Shown: positions 38,401 to 47,707 of the stretch, one piece after another
How the letters are laid out: each line of letters begins with the position of its first letter
How positions within the stretch are numbered: the stretch's first letter is position 1
From: Promethearchaeota archaeon
GTDB taxonomy: Archaea > Asgardarchaeota > Lokiarchaeia > Sigyniarchaeales > SOKP01
Assembly (NCBI GenBank): GCA_016840165.1
Contig: JAEOSU010000072.1
Location: forward strand, 256,001-320,000
Length of the DNA stretch: 64,000 nucleotides
Direction of reading: 5' to 3'
Program-made: the position numbers and the translations under genes
Notes under the pieces: generated by a model
Database searches by the model: none
What the model saw: the letters and a program-made list of their open reading frames with translations, nothing else
What the model was told of the DNA's origin: nothing

Positions 38401-38928
38401 CTCGAACAAGACATTAATGCAGCGATAGCGACTGAGAAAAAAATAGAACAAACATATTATAATAAATTTAGTGAAGTGCTAACAACTCTACAAGAAAAAA
38501 TCAATCATAAATTTGAGTTAGCAAAAATTAAAGCATATTGTTCACTCGAATTAATGGGTGATTTTGAAGAGCTAGGTATTAATATTAAGGCTGCAACCTC
38601 AAAAGATCAATTAAAATCATGTACTGCTTTAAGTGGTGGACAGATTTCTATGATTTCTATTTGTTTAATTCTTTCTCTACAGGAAATTAAACCATCTCCT
38701 TTATGCATGTTTGATGAAGCAGGTATGTTTCTTGACGACAAGAATTCTGAGGCGTCTTATCAAATGATTAAAGCAACTTTAGAGCATAATCCAATTCAAT
38801 TACTAATGTTTTTACCCAAATCATCCAATATTTTATTTTTATTAGCAGATAAATTAATAGGAGTTGCCAGGGTAGGGAAACGTGAAGCTTCTACAATATT
38901 TCATCCAAAAATTATTAGAGGAGAGTAA
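35473..38928 (+). CDS. SMC-family ATPase, SMC5/6-like
   Basis: IFIRKLILENF, Walker A GPNWSGKT, Q-loop NPDNHFAFVSQG, coiled coils, hinge (VKGPIIEYL...AIESVLG...CVTLKGE), LSGGQ and PLCMFDEAGMFLD. The real start lies upstream of the track TTG at 35515. Confidence 0.88.
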   Translation: MKVSNANNSIFIRKLILENFLSFQKDEVDFLDNSQSQFPKLILIVGPNWSGKTSIFQAIKFVLGSNERDERYKKWSDFIRNGQDHTMVHIEIQNRDDVIKLRRYVIRGQSPYFELQKSNESKFKRVQAKTVQRIVKELKVNPDNHFAFVSQGKIDSIKNLKPYELSSFLEEGIGLKGLREEILGEKNSISNLNQDFQSLTVKENSLKLNLELLTPKLKRLEEKKKILDIRKKVNDELLWANKEKIQKDIDNLIAKSYEIEDSISSLKSELANFNVLLAEKEEKIADIEKEINQLSKKFGELDYQKKELVAQIQEWQQEKIKAKQELDNMAKVIYQEKTEFENLQNKKKSIEKENQLLANELAKFNDQLNNLIKEQKDISVKITQNKEFLVQYNKLVQTKEDFMQKIKENATKKDEINLDIEEIFQSLQDIDHKLNTNNWFLENPSQDLVKQLDLQIKEISRKIFELESENERIRYDQAKSIDEFKKLQKSIQERRILLPSSIILLKEEIKKRGLEYKVKGPIIEYLKYNDTLSYAIESVLGERLLYSFVVNDWDSLSLLNRLKNKINAYCNIYITKNLTVSSYPPFSADGLIGYLVDLITILNDDIDIKKVIYSKVRNCVVVENYHAGQELYIKQNFKGKCVTLKGEQIVSYKYAYETPYLKKLKGFFSIGTQKERARNLESLIESLNEKTREKRIKLSQLDVQQKELYHKKDAFNDLLYNFNQKQRLTGKKNNLYKLSYSLEQENEDFRKELDILEEKIENFKTQRDPEFFHWNERLKTIPIEIDELNDKINILNSEYNENNVILDTLKEKIDEFQNAILLKSSEYEQKQEIFRKADKKAFRIYQDLDKVEDEIKSIETSILKSQEDKKMFQQQKLEIEKETLNYKIEFEQQNIKLKTLKQELNIKNQNLERIKSEIDPLFSSQEMQIRPIEEIKKDMEKIERDLLNYVDIDDRILIEKEEIINNLSQIKKNQKLLEQDINAAIATEKKIEQTYYNKFSEVLTTLQEKINHKFELAKIKAYCSLELMGDFEELGINIKAATSKDQLKSCTALSGGQISMISICLILSLQEIKPSPLCMFDEAGMFLDDKNSEASYQMIKATLEHNPIQLLMFLPKSSNILFLLADKLIGVARVGKREASTIFHPKIIRGE

Positions 38929-39579
38929 ATGTCGAATTCCACTATCATACCCCTAAAAGTACGAGATAAATTAATTAAAATTAGGCAAGATATCTTATCA
39001 GGTAAAATTTCATTATTAAAACTAGAATTAAATCCTATATTTCAAGAAATTATTGATTCAGTCAATATAACTAATATATTTCATTATTCTCCTCTTTACA
39101 AAGAAACAAATGAAATTTTATATCAAAAGTTTGAGGAATTAAAAAAACTCCTCATACGCATGGATGATGAGCATAGGTATATACAGTTTTTAAAAAAATC
39201 TCCTACTGATTCTGCGATTGCTGCATTATTTAACGGATGTTGGAGGAAATCCTTTCAGATTGAGAGTATATCATTTGAATTTTTGCAGGACAGTCAACAA
39301 AAATTATTAGCTGCACATAGGGAGCCGATAAATATTAAGGAATTATCACGAATTCCTAGTAAAGAACAATTTATTTTAGAGATACCCAAAAAAAAGTTTA
39401 CTGAAAAGATGAATCACTATTTTATATCGATAGTTGATAAGCTACCATGTAATTTAGACGAAATATTTGACATGGAGACCGATCAATTGGTAATTTATGA
39501 ACATTTTATTTATCTTTTACATCTGCTCCAATTAGGGCGGGTTAAATATCAAAAAGAAACAAATACATTATACTTATGA
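38929..39579 (+). CDS. Kleisin (ScpA/Nse4-like)
   Basis: N-terminal GKISLLKLELNPIFQE...ILYQK and C-terminal wHTH FIYLLHLLQLGRVKYQ; abuts the SMC stop codon. Confidence 0.65.
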   Translation: MSNSTIIPLKVRDKLIKIRQDILSGKISLLKLELNPIFQEIIDSVNITNIFHYSPLYKETNEILYQKFEELKKLLIRMDDEHRYIQFLKKSPTDSAIAALFNGCWRKSFQIESISFEFLQDSQQKLLAAHREPINIKELSRIPSKEQFILEIPKKKFTEKMNHYFISIVDKLPCNLDEIFDMETDQLVIYEHFIYLLHLLQLGRVKYQKETNTLYL

Positions 39580-39591
39580 GGGAATATAATA

Positions 39592-40116
39592 ATGAATGAG
39601 TTATCAGTTTTAATGCATCTATTAAGTCGACGAGTTAATAAGGTCCAGCTTGGTGCGACTGAGGAAGAAATATGTGATATATTAAATATTTCAGGAAAGC
39701 AACAGAAAAGCTCGTTTAGCCAATTAATTATAAATTTATCTCGTTATATCGAAATTTTAGGACTAAATATCAGTTATAATCCAGTTGATACACATTGGTA
39801 TATCACTTATGAGCCTGAGATTTCAGATATCGTGAAAGCCAATCCTTTTGAAGATAAGCCTCGATTAGCAGCTAGCCTATTTACTGTTCTTGTTAGTTGT
39901 ATGGCGAATCTTGGATCATCAACCGTTTCTGAAATTGCTAAATTAAGGAAAAAGAAAGGAATTTTATCCGATTTGAGAGAATTGGAAAATCAAGGATATA
40001 TTAAATTAAATAAGGACTCGGGAGAGATATCCCTCACACCTTTGATAGGTTATGAATTGGATTTCAATCGTCTTTTAACTAATTTAGCTTTGCAAATGAA
40101 AGAAGATGAAACCTAA
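39592..40116 (+). CDS. Kite subunit (ScpB/Nse1-3-like tandem winged helix)
   Basis: ATEEEICDIL...LIINLSRYIEILGLNI and a second wHTH TVSEIAKLR...LRELENQGYI...ISLTP. Confidence 0.62.
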   Translation: MNELSVLMHLLSRRVNKVQLGATEEEICDILNISGKQQKSSFSQLIINLSRYIEILGLNISYNPVDTHWYITYEPEISDIVKANPFEDKPRLAASLFTVLVSCMANLGSSTVSEIAKLRKKKGILSDLRELENQGYIKLNKDSGEISLTPLIGYELDFNRLLTNLALQMKEDET

Positions 40117-40260
40117 AAGATATCTTGTTTTTTGGTTGGTATATAATATAGCTCAGACTGCAATGATACTGTTTATGGATGAGACTTACAAGTATTATAA
40201 TTTAAGAATAAAAAATTAGAATTTCCTGAACCTTGTATTAAATTTGAATGTTTCCTTAAC

Positions 40261-40896
40261 TTAATGGGTTGTAGTGATTTGTAAAATCATTTCTGCAACG
40301 CGATCATTATATTTTTCAATATCGATAAAATTGTCAATTTTCTCTCCACAAGTCAGGTAAGTATCAACAATATTAATCTTTCTTGTTGTAAAAAAGTCAT
40401 TAATCTTTTTTTTCATATCTTCAAGTTTTTTCTCTCGATCTCCTTCTAATAGATCAATTTTATTAATACATACAAAGATTTTATCGGGGAAGAATCGTAC
40501 ATCGTTAAAGAAGTCAAATTGAACATCTAATTCACGATCACAACTAAATATTGCTATGATTTGGGTTGCTATTCTACTAATAGTTATTATGCCCATTTTC
40601 ACTACAGCACGCTTCCTATCGCCTCCAGGTGCAAATATCGTATGAGCTCTTCCAGAATCAATCTCTCGAAAAACTACTCGATTAGGATGGATGGTTTTCG
40701 TTTCTTTTTCATTAAGAGTGTCTTCTTTATTCCCTGTGGGTACAGTTGCCTCACCAGAAAAATCAGTTTTTAAAACACTACATTTCTTTCCGCCTTCTAC
40801 TTTTTCAATATCTCCCTTGTTTAAATATTTCACAAACAGGCGAAGAATAGAAGTCTTCCCTGCACTCACATCTCCAAGAAGTCCAATATTAACCAT
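40261..40896 (-). CDS. Small Ras-superfamily-like GTPase with atypical G3
   Basis: G1 GDVSAGKTS, G2 TKTI, FAPGG at the G3 position, G4 NKID and G5 TCG. Confidence 0.8.
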   Translation of the reverse strand: MVNIGLLGDVSAGKTSILRLFVKYLNKGDIEKVEGGKKCSVLKTDFSGEATVPTGNKEDTLNEKETKTIHPNRVVFREIDSGRAHTIFAPGGDRKRAVVKMGIITISRIATQIIAIFSCDRELDVQFDFFNDVRFFPDKIFVCINKIDLLEGDREKKLEDMKKKINDFFTTRKINIVDTYLTCGEKIDNFIDIEKYNDRVAEMILQITTTH

Positions 40897-41708
40897 TATG
40901 ACTCACCTTCCAATAATTTGTTTAGGAGTAATTCATAATCAGGAATCAAAAACTGTTCTAAATATGCATTATTGTGAGATTCAATAAGCGCAATTAAAAT
41001 TTCTTTTAAATTTTTTGCTTTCTCCGCATAATTGATTAAGTTTTCAGGAGATGGCTCAGCATCAAAACTTTTTGCCTTCTCTTCAAAACCTAATTTAGAA
41101 CGATCAGGTAAACTATCAAAAAATCCAAAAGCGGAATAACCTTCATGTTGAAAAAATACAAAAAATCGCGTTTTAATTGAATTTATAATTTTTGTAAGAT
41201 AGGCGGAGGGATAAATCTCTCCCAGAGTAAGCTCTTCATCTTGTTCGATAACAAAATAAGGAGATATAGGAGAGACTTGATTTCCATACATCTCTTTTGG
41301 AGGTAATGAGATAAATGGAAGCTTTTCTGCTACGATTGTCCATAAATCTTCTCGCTTTTTATCCAATAATATATCTTTTATCTCATCATATGCAAAATAG
41401 AAATCAGATTGTAAGGCTAAAAGTGAACTTAGATATACTGATAAGGACGCAAAAGTGGCTTCTAAGAGAGGTCTTCGTCCTTCATCGCTAGCTGAAGGTT
41501 TAACAGCTCCTTTCCATGCTCTAAGCCCCGTATACACAAAACCCTTAATATCAAAGAAGCTTCCTGAAAGAAATATAAAAGAAGGAATGAACCCTTTTTC
41601 TTTTATGAGAAAATCTCGCGATTTATTAATCAAAACTTCCTCGAGAGTTTTATCATTGTACTTAGAATGAACAACTGGCATTATCAGCCATTTTTTTCCT
41701 TTTGGCAA
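40896..41708 (-). CDS. Hypothetical protein translationally coupled to the GTPase
   Basis: 270-aa ORF with TTG start whose TAA overlaps the GTPase ATG. Confidence 0.6.
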   Translation of the reverse strand: MPKGKKWLIMPVVHSKYNDKTLEEVLINKSRDFLIKEKGFIPSFIFLSGSFFDIKGFVYTGLRAWKGAVKPSASDEGRRPLLEATFASLSVYLSSLLALQSDFYFAYDEIKDILLDKKREDLWTIVAEKLPFISLPPKEMYGNQVSPISPYFVIEQDEELTLGEIYPSAYLTKIINSIKTRFFVFFQHEGYSAFGFFDSLPDRSKLGFEEKAKSFDAEPSPENLINYAEKAKNLKEILIALIESHNNAYLEQFLIPDYELLLNKLLEGES

Positions 41709-41853
41709 AGTTATGTCACATTAAATGTTATTTAAGAATATTATAAAAATACTGAATAATTAATTTTTTCCATTTTTATTAAACAATATGATATACTAAT
41801 ATAATTTATGCGAATAGATCTGTGATTATTTATTCCAAATTAATTACAGTGCA

Positions 41854-42492
41854 TTAATTAGTAGATTTTTCGCAAGCTAATAATTCACGTATCTTTTCAG
41901 TAATTAAATCATAATCTTTTATTGAGTGTAAATTGGAAATGTGGATATATTCGATTTTATCAGTATTTTTGTAAAAGCTATAGCTCACACTCAAATTAGG
42001 ATTATTTTCTTTGATTTTAATCAAAGCTCCTCGTAAAAAAAGATTAATGAAACTTTCAGAAGTTTCTTTTATAGCCCTTGATTCGGGATCTATGAACTTG
42101 ATTTCAACTTTTTTAAAATCATACAAGTTTAGGATACATAGAAGATTCTCTTCCTTCTGCTTTTTATCGGAAAAAATTTTCCTCTTGACATTTGTACCTT
42201 TAAATTTATCTTCTGAAACATCCTCCTTAAAATAATCCTCAACCAAGATATTATTTTTTTTTAATACGTCTGGAAACATCTCATCTGCAGTAGAAAAGGA
42301 TTTAGTGGTAATAATTGAATTGAGATAATTCAAAATTGAATGAATTTCAGAAATCTCATTCTGTAGTTCTTCTAGTTGATCTTTTTTCTTATAATAAAGA
42401 TTTTGAAGCATAGAGAGCATTTGCGTTAATTTTTCTGTTTCCGTTTCCTTACCAGTCTTGTCCGAGGGCGTCATATATATTTTTAAAGACAT
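41854..42492 (-). CDS. Hypothetical protein with N-terminal coiled coil
   Basis: 212-aa ORF with a heptad pattern around aa 20-60. Confidence 0.6.
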   Translation of the reverse strand: MSLKIYMTPSDKTGKETETEKLTQMLSMLQNLYYKKKDQLEELQNEISEIHSILNYLNSIITTKSFSTADEMFPDVLKKNNILVEDYFKEDVSEDKFKGTNVKRKIFSDKKQKEENLLCILNLYDFKKVEIKFIDPESRAIKETSESFINLFLRGALIKIKENNPNLSVSYSFYKNTDKIEYIHISNLHSIKDYDLITEKIRELLACEKSTN

Positions 42493-42553
42493 TTATTTTA
42501 TTTATTTATTTAGTATTACTTGTGTTATTCAATATTTGTTAAGAGGAAAAATC

Positions 42554-43423
42554 ATGCATACTATGATCATAACTCCAAAACCTAAAGACCATGAGGTAAC
42601 TATTCTCACGAAAGAATTTAATAAAAGGGGGTATAGTGTTGAATTTTTTATCCCTGAAAAAGTAAAGGTTAAGATAGGTTCGAATTATTTTGGGAATCTT
42701 TTTGATTCATTAGAACCTAGGGCGGCATTAGTGAGAGGTTTTGGGGCTGCGGAGACTCAGAAAATCTTTTTTAGGCTCGATTTATTGAGTGCAATGGAAG
42801 AATATGGAATAAAACTTATAAATTCCAGAAATTCTTTGGAAATTTCAAGTGATAAATTTTTAACCTCCTTATATTTAGAACACCATAACATTTCTACACC
42901 AAAGACTGTCGTATGTGAAGATCCAGATGAAGCACTTGCTTCTTTTGAAGAGCTTGGAGGTGATGTTGTGATAAAACCCCTATATGGATCAAAAGGGATA
43001 GGAATTACGCGATTGACGGATATAGGCTTCGCAGAAAACGTGATTTATTCCTTAGCCGAACTGAATCAAATTTTCTATCTTCAAGAATTTGTCGAGCATC
43101 AAAATCGGGATATTCGCATCTTAGTAATAGGGGATAAGGCTATAGCAGGAATGTATAGAGTTAGCGATAATTGGAAGACAAATATTCATGCAGGAGCACA
43201 TATGGAGCCAATAGAGCTAACGAAGGAGTTGAGAACGATTGCATTAAAATCGGCAAAAGTTACAAAAACAGAAATTGCGGGAGTTGATATTATAGAGACT
43301 GAGAAAGGGCTACAGGTGCTTGAAGTAAATTCAATTCCTGGTTTTACAGCGTTACAAAAAGTTACGGATATCGACCTTGCTGCTGAGATTATATCATATT
43401 TTCTTGATAAAACAAAATCATAA
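42554..43423 (+). CDS. RimK-family ATP-grasp alpha-L-glutamate ligase (MptN-like)
   Basis: VIKPLYGSKGIG, YLQEFV, DIRILVIG, WKTNIHAG and LEVNSIPG. ATG at 42554 follows GAGG. Confidence 0.88.
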   Translation: MHTMIITPKPKDHEVTILTKEFNKRGYSVEFFIPEKVKVKIGSNYFGNLFDSLEPRAALVRGFGAAETQKIFFRLDLLSAMEEYGIKLINSRNSLEISSDKFLTSLYLEHHNISTPKTVVCEDPDEALASFEELGGDVVIKPLYGSKGIGITRLTDIGFAENVIYSLAELNQIFYLQEFVEHQNRDIRILVIGDKAIAGMYRVSDNWKTNIHAGAHMEPIELTKELRTIALKSAKVTKTEIAGVDIIETEKGLQVLEVNSIPGFTALQKVTDIDLAAEIISYFLDKTKS

Positions 43424-43459
43424 AAAAAAGAATTATTTGATTAATTTGTTAAAATTTTT

Positions 43460-43807
43460 TTACAAATCTTCAATAAGTCCAATTAACGCAGCGATAACTA
43501 GTAGAACACAAGCCCAAATACCTGCTTGAAATATTACTAATAAAATACCTAAGATGAGTAATACCAACCAATGAAATGGAAGTGGTTTATCTGGTTTTAT
43601 TCCAACTAATAATGTAAGAATAACTATTACAAGTCCAATTATTAATGTTAGAAATCTTTCCAGGGGCAAGAAATCAGGCACGATTATTGGAACAAATCCA
43701 GATCCCGCTAAACTAGCAAATCCAGAAATTATCCAGACAAGACCGACTATACCACCAAGTATGGTTAAAAACTTCATTATTCCTTCATTTTTATAATGTT
43801 TTGCCAT
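43460..43807 (-). CDS. Small integral membrane protein
   Basis: About 4 hydrophobic helices in 115 aa. Confidence 0.65.
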   Translation of the reverse strand: MAKHYKNEGIMKFLTILGGIVGLVWIISGFASLAGSGFVPIIVPDFLPLERFLTLIIGLVIVILTLLVGIKPDKPLPFHWLVLLILGILLVIFQAGIWACVLLVIAALIGLIEDL

Positions 43808-43990
43808 TTTTAATCGACCATTAAGTATTAATTATTAATTATAAGATAATGAGAGATAAAAATGTATTATATTTTATTATAAAGAATCTATTTTATACAG
43901 CAAGGTCGAAAACCCTAACATTTTCAATAAGATCACAATAATATCTGGATATTTCCAATTTTTAAATAAGTTTTATTCTGCAAGAACTAT

Positions 43991-44161
43991 GTGATTGAAG
44001 ATAAACTATCTAAATTTAGATACGAATTAGCAATTGCGAATAAATTAATGAAGAATCAATATGCAGATCTCGATTATTATGAGGAAATCATATCTCACCT
44101 TAAAAAGATGATCCTCTTTTATGAGAGATTAAAAGTTTGGAAGGACATTAGTAAAGTTTAG
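43991..44161 (+). CDS. Possible small helical protein (56 aa), below the track cutoff
   Basis: GTG start, VIEDKLSKFRYELAIANKLMKNQYADLDYYEEIISHLKKMILFYERLKVWKDISKV; fills an otherwise empty gap. Confidence 0.45.
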   Translation: MIEDKLSKFRYELAIANKLMKNQYADLDYYEEIISHLKKMILFYERLKVWKDISKV

Positions 44162-44178
44162 ATAGTGAAAAAAAAAAT

Positions 44179-44787
44179 TTAAAGCGCTAATAAATTCAAA
44201 TTAAATTCATTTTTTAATGCTTGATATATTTTATGCATCGGTAAGCCTACAACATTAGAGGGAGAGCCTTTAATTTCCCTAATAAGCATACTCGCTTTAT
44301 CATTGACGGAATAGGCTCCAGCTCTTCCCTCCCATTCTCCAAGATCAATATAATCTCGAATTTCTTTATCAGATAATTCCATAAACATTACTTTAGTTTG
44401 ATCGAAATCTCTAATTATTTTTGCATTATTGATCTGAGTTATTGCGATACCAGTTATTAAATTATGGGTTTTATTATTCAAAGTTTTTAATATATCAAAT
44501 GCTTCATCTTTATTTTTAGCCTTACCAATTATTTTACCTTCAAATTCCACAATTGTATCGGCAGCAATAATAATAGCACCAGCATAATCATTTTTAGTTC
44601 TAAGTAAATTGTTAGCTTTAATTACTTTAATTTCAGCTAAATTTATAGCCAATTCAATAGGATCTTTAAATTTATTTTTATATTCGTCTTCATTGACGTT
44701 CGTAATAAGAATTTCAAATGGAATAGCTAATCGTTCAAATAATTCTCTTCGATCAGCAGATCTTGAAGCAAGAATTATCTTTTTCAT
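44179..44787 (-). CDS. maf: Maf-family nucleotide pyrophosphatase
   Basis: IILASRS..RRELF, IIAADTIV, GRAGAY and NVVGLP. Confidence 0.92.
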   Translation of the reverse strand: MKKIILASRSADRRELFERLAIPFEILITNVNEDEYKNKFKDPIELAINLAEIKVIKANNLLRTKNDYAGAIIIAADTIVEFEGKIIGKAKNKDEAFDILKTLNNKTHNLITGIAITQINNAKIIRDFDQTKVMFMELSDKEIRDYIDLGEWEGRAGAYSVNDKASMLIREIKGSPSNVVGLPMHKIYQALKNEFNLNLLAL

Positions 44788-44943
44788 GTCATATATACGG
44801 TTTATAGTCGAATAATAATAAATAATAGGATGAAATGAATTGTAAATGTTTCGAGATAAATAAAAAGTAGATAAACTATTTTAATTAAGATCCTTAATTA
44901 AAATTAAGAGAATAGAAATAATTGGATAATGGGATAATGTAAT

Positions 44944-46056
44944 ATGGTCTACTTTACACTAATTTTTATTTTGATATTAGTTTCCTATTTTAGTGTTATC
45001 TATGCTTATTCACATTATTCAAATAAACATGACGTTATGAATAATCTGATTGGATTTATAGCTCTTCTTACGGTCTTTTTTCACATCTTATTATTAGAAA
45101 TCTTAATGTATCAAGATTTTACACTTCATCTTGATTTAGTGCCAGGATTCTTATTTGGATTTAGTTTTCCAATTGCAATAAATCTTTTATTAATTTTGAG
45201 CACATCATTTCTAGTAATTCTATTTAAGAAATGCTTTAAATCTAAAGATCTCAAGAAGTTCCAATCAAGGATGGAGTTAAAATTAGCAGAAAGGAGTAAG
45301 GCGAGAAGTGATACATACCGTAAGATACCACATATTCTAATTTTTATTGGATTATTGGTATTATGGCTAATTGGGGCTGTCTTTGTGAATAATATGAGTG
45401 GATCGACCGAAGGAATGATTCCCGTTGAAAATAACATGTTTAAACTCTACATTCAATTAATAACTACATCAGCAAATACGAAAGATGTACTCTTCTCTTT
45501 AGGTTGGTTTTATTATTTGTTATTCTTTTTTTTTTACATCTTCTGTATTTTTATGCTATTTAATGAATTAACCCGAAAATCGAAAAGAGTATCTTATCCT
45601 TTTAACTTCTTTTGTTCAATGTTTTTATGTGAAGATGAAAGAAATAGCTATGGGACATATCTTCATTTTTCGATTGGTTTAATGTTCACTTCATTAATTA
45701 CTCCCCCAATGGTATTACTTTCAATTTTAGGGATATGCTCAATTTCAGATTTAATGACTAGTCAAATCGGAATTCGGTTTGGTAAAAACCATATCAAATG
45801 GAACCAAGATAAAACCTGGGAAGGTGCTGTTGCGGGAATATTATCTGCATTCATAATTTGCTTTATATTCGTCGGACCGGTATGGGCATTAATTTTTACA
45901 GCAGTTTTTTTTGTATTTGATATTTTTACTATGAAGCCACTAAAAGTTTCAGACAATCTAATTGTACCGATTGCGTGTGGCATTTTTTATTTATTTATTA
46001 GATTCTTTTTTAATTTAGACTATGTAATTACATTTATGGAATTATTTGGAATTTAA
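44944..46056 (+). CDS. Phytol/dolichol kinase-like (CTP-dependent) membrane protein
   Basis: RKIPHI, SDLMTSQIGIRFGK, KTWEGAVAG and DNLIVP. Confidence 0.75.
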   Translation: MVYFTLIFILILVSYFSVIYAYSHYSNKHDVMNNLIGFIALLTVFFHILLLEILMYQDFTLHLDLVPGFLFGFSFPIAINLLLILSTSFLVILFKKCFKSKDLKKFQSRMELKLAERSKARSDTYRKIPHILIFIGLLVLWLIGAVFVNNMSGSTEGMIPVENNMFKLYIQLITTSANTKDVLFSLGWFYYLLFFFFYIFCIFMLFNELTRKSKRVSYPFNFFCSMFLCEDERNSYGTYLHFSIGLMFTSLITPPMVLLSILGICSISDLMTSQIGIRFGKNHIKWNQDKTWEGAVAGILSAFIICFIFVGPVWALIFTAVFFVFDIFTMKPLKVSDNLIVPIACGIFYLFIRFFFNLDYVITFMELFGI

Positions 46057-46117
46057 AATGATTAAAATTAACAAAAATAGATATTGCGACTAAAAATTTT
46101 TATTTCATTCAACTTTA

Positions 46118-47161
46118 ATGATTAAAAACATGTTATTTCTGCCAACTACCATCATTTATTGTACATTTTCAATCGCTACATTAGTCTATACCCTTAAAAA
46201 CCGAAAGTTAAAGATTCAAAACCATAATTTCTTTAATGAACTACTTATCATCATACTACTACTAAATGCTGGAATTTTTTTCCCTTTTATGTATCAATAT
46301 CATACGCCAGATATTCCATCAAATGTATTAGAAATGCTATGGTTATACTCATCCTTATTATTTATTATAGAAATGACTGTATGGTTTCTAATGTTAACAT
46401 ATAACACAGTAAAGTCAATTAGAAATCCATCTCTTATTGTAAATCGTGATTATGAGAGATATAAAGAAGAAATACTGAATAGTTGGAGTGATAATATAAA
46501 AGATGAATTTGGGAGAAAAATCCTACACATATTTACTTGTTCGGTAGTTTTTATCTTTTGGATAATTGGAATGGTTCTTGAACAAATAGGATTTTTGGAA
46601 ACAATCAAATTAGACATATATAATTTTTCTTACTGGTGGATAATCACCATTGGTTATGCATTTGTTTTTATGTTTCAAATTGCTGATCTTGCCCGCCTTA
46701 ACTATTTCTATAGTCTACCAAAATGGGCGAAAAAATGGTATTTATCAATGAGACCTCGTGAATTAGATACATTTATTGCCTCTACTCCATTAGTTTTATC
46801 ATTTGTACCGTTTGTTTTTGCCCCTTTTCCTATTTTTGGCTCTGTTGCATTAATTGCTACGGTTGCGGATGCTGCAGCCTGCTTAGTTGGTAAGAAATTT
46901 GGGAAACATGCTCTTAAAAAAGGATCGGATAAAACAATTGAGGGTTTTATTGCGGGAGGAGGGTCAACATTTATAATTGTATTGATAATGATGATCTTAT
47001 TTAATCAATATATTAATGTTGATATGGTTAAAATCTTTTTTATGGCCATAGTTGCGACTATTCTATTCCTTATAGTAGATTATTTTATAGTTCATATATC
47101 GGATAATATATTAAATCCCTTATTAACGGGTTTTGGGATGTGGATAATATATTTGCTCTAA
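46118..47161 (+). CDS. Phytol/dolichol kinase-like membrane protein (paralog)
   Basis: RKILHI, DAAACLVGKKFGK, KTIEGFIAG and DNILNP. Confidence 0.78.
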   Translation: MIKNMLFLPTTIIYCTFSIATLVYTLKNRKLKIQNHNFFNELLIIILLLNAGIFFPFMYQYHTPDIPSNVLEMLWLYSSLLFIIEMTVWFLMLTYNTVKSIRNPSLIVNRDYERYKEEILNSWSDNIKDEFGRKILHIFTCSVVFIFWIIGMVLEQIGFLETIKLDIYNFSYWWIITIGYAFVFMFQIADLARLNYFYSLPKWAKKWYLSMRPRELDTFIASTPLVLSFVPFVFAPFPIFGSVALIATVADAAACLVGKKFGKHALKKGSDKTIEGFIAGGGSTFIIVLIMMILFNQYINVDMVKIFFMAIVATILFLIVDYFIVHISDNILNPLLTGFGMWIIYLL

Positions 47162-47166
47162 ATGTC

Positions 47167-47460
47167 TTATCCTCCAAAATAAAGATAGAGAAGAGTAACA
47201 TCATCTTCATTTTTTAATATCATATCTAAAAAATTGTCGCCTCGAAAACTCCTTCCATTGATAATAATTGAGAGAAATGAACTAAACTCACCTTTTTTTT
47301 TCTTATCCCAAATAAGAGCATAAAACTGTTCTCCATACTCATTTTTAAGAGATTCTAATAATTCTCGTACCGTAATTTCCTTTTCAAAATTATACTTTTT
47401 ATGAAGAGTTTTTGTTAATTCATTAAATGGAGGTTCAAATGAAAGAGAAATTGAAATCAA
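47167..47460 (-). CDS. MoaD/ThiS/SAMP ubiquitin-like protein
   Basis: TVRELLESL, IIINGR, LKNEDDVTL and C-terminal GG. Confidence 0.85.
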   Translation of the reverse strand: MISISLSFEPPFNELTKTLHKKYNFEKEITVRELLESLKNEYGEQFYALIWDKKKKGEFSSFLSIIINGRSFRGDNFLDMILKNEDDVTLLYLYFGG

Positions 47461-47707
47461 TGTATTAAATTCTCATTTTAGTATTTAATCTTAAGTCTAT
47501 TGAATTAGGGGGGGTTTAAATTTTTGATGATTATTTTATATACGCCATTAAATAATATAGTAAAGTAAAAACTCTATAATGAGCATAATCTAGTTATGAC
47601 ATTCAAGGCAATAAGAGTGATATAAATTGGTTTTTGTTAAAGTTTTAACAATTATATTATAAAGAGAGTAAAGATGTATTGTTTAATGAAAAGTTTAGGG
47701 AAATATT

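Noticed and set aside
34198-40116. Wadjet/MksBEFG or Rad50-Mre11 system
   Set aside because: No JetD/toprim nuclease or Mre11 is present, the SMC has a globular hinge rather than a zinc hook, and the gene order differs
41714-41720. Single TGTCACA heptamer matching the actin upstream motif
   Set aside because: Lone half-site that coincides with the GTGA ribosome-binding site of the minus-strand gene; expected by chance
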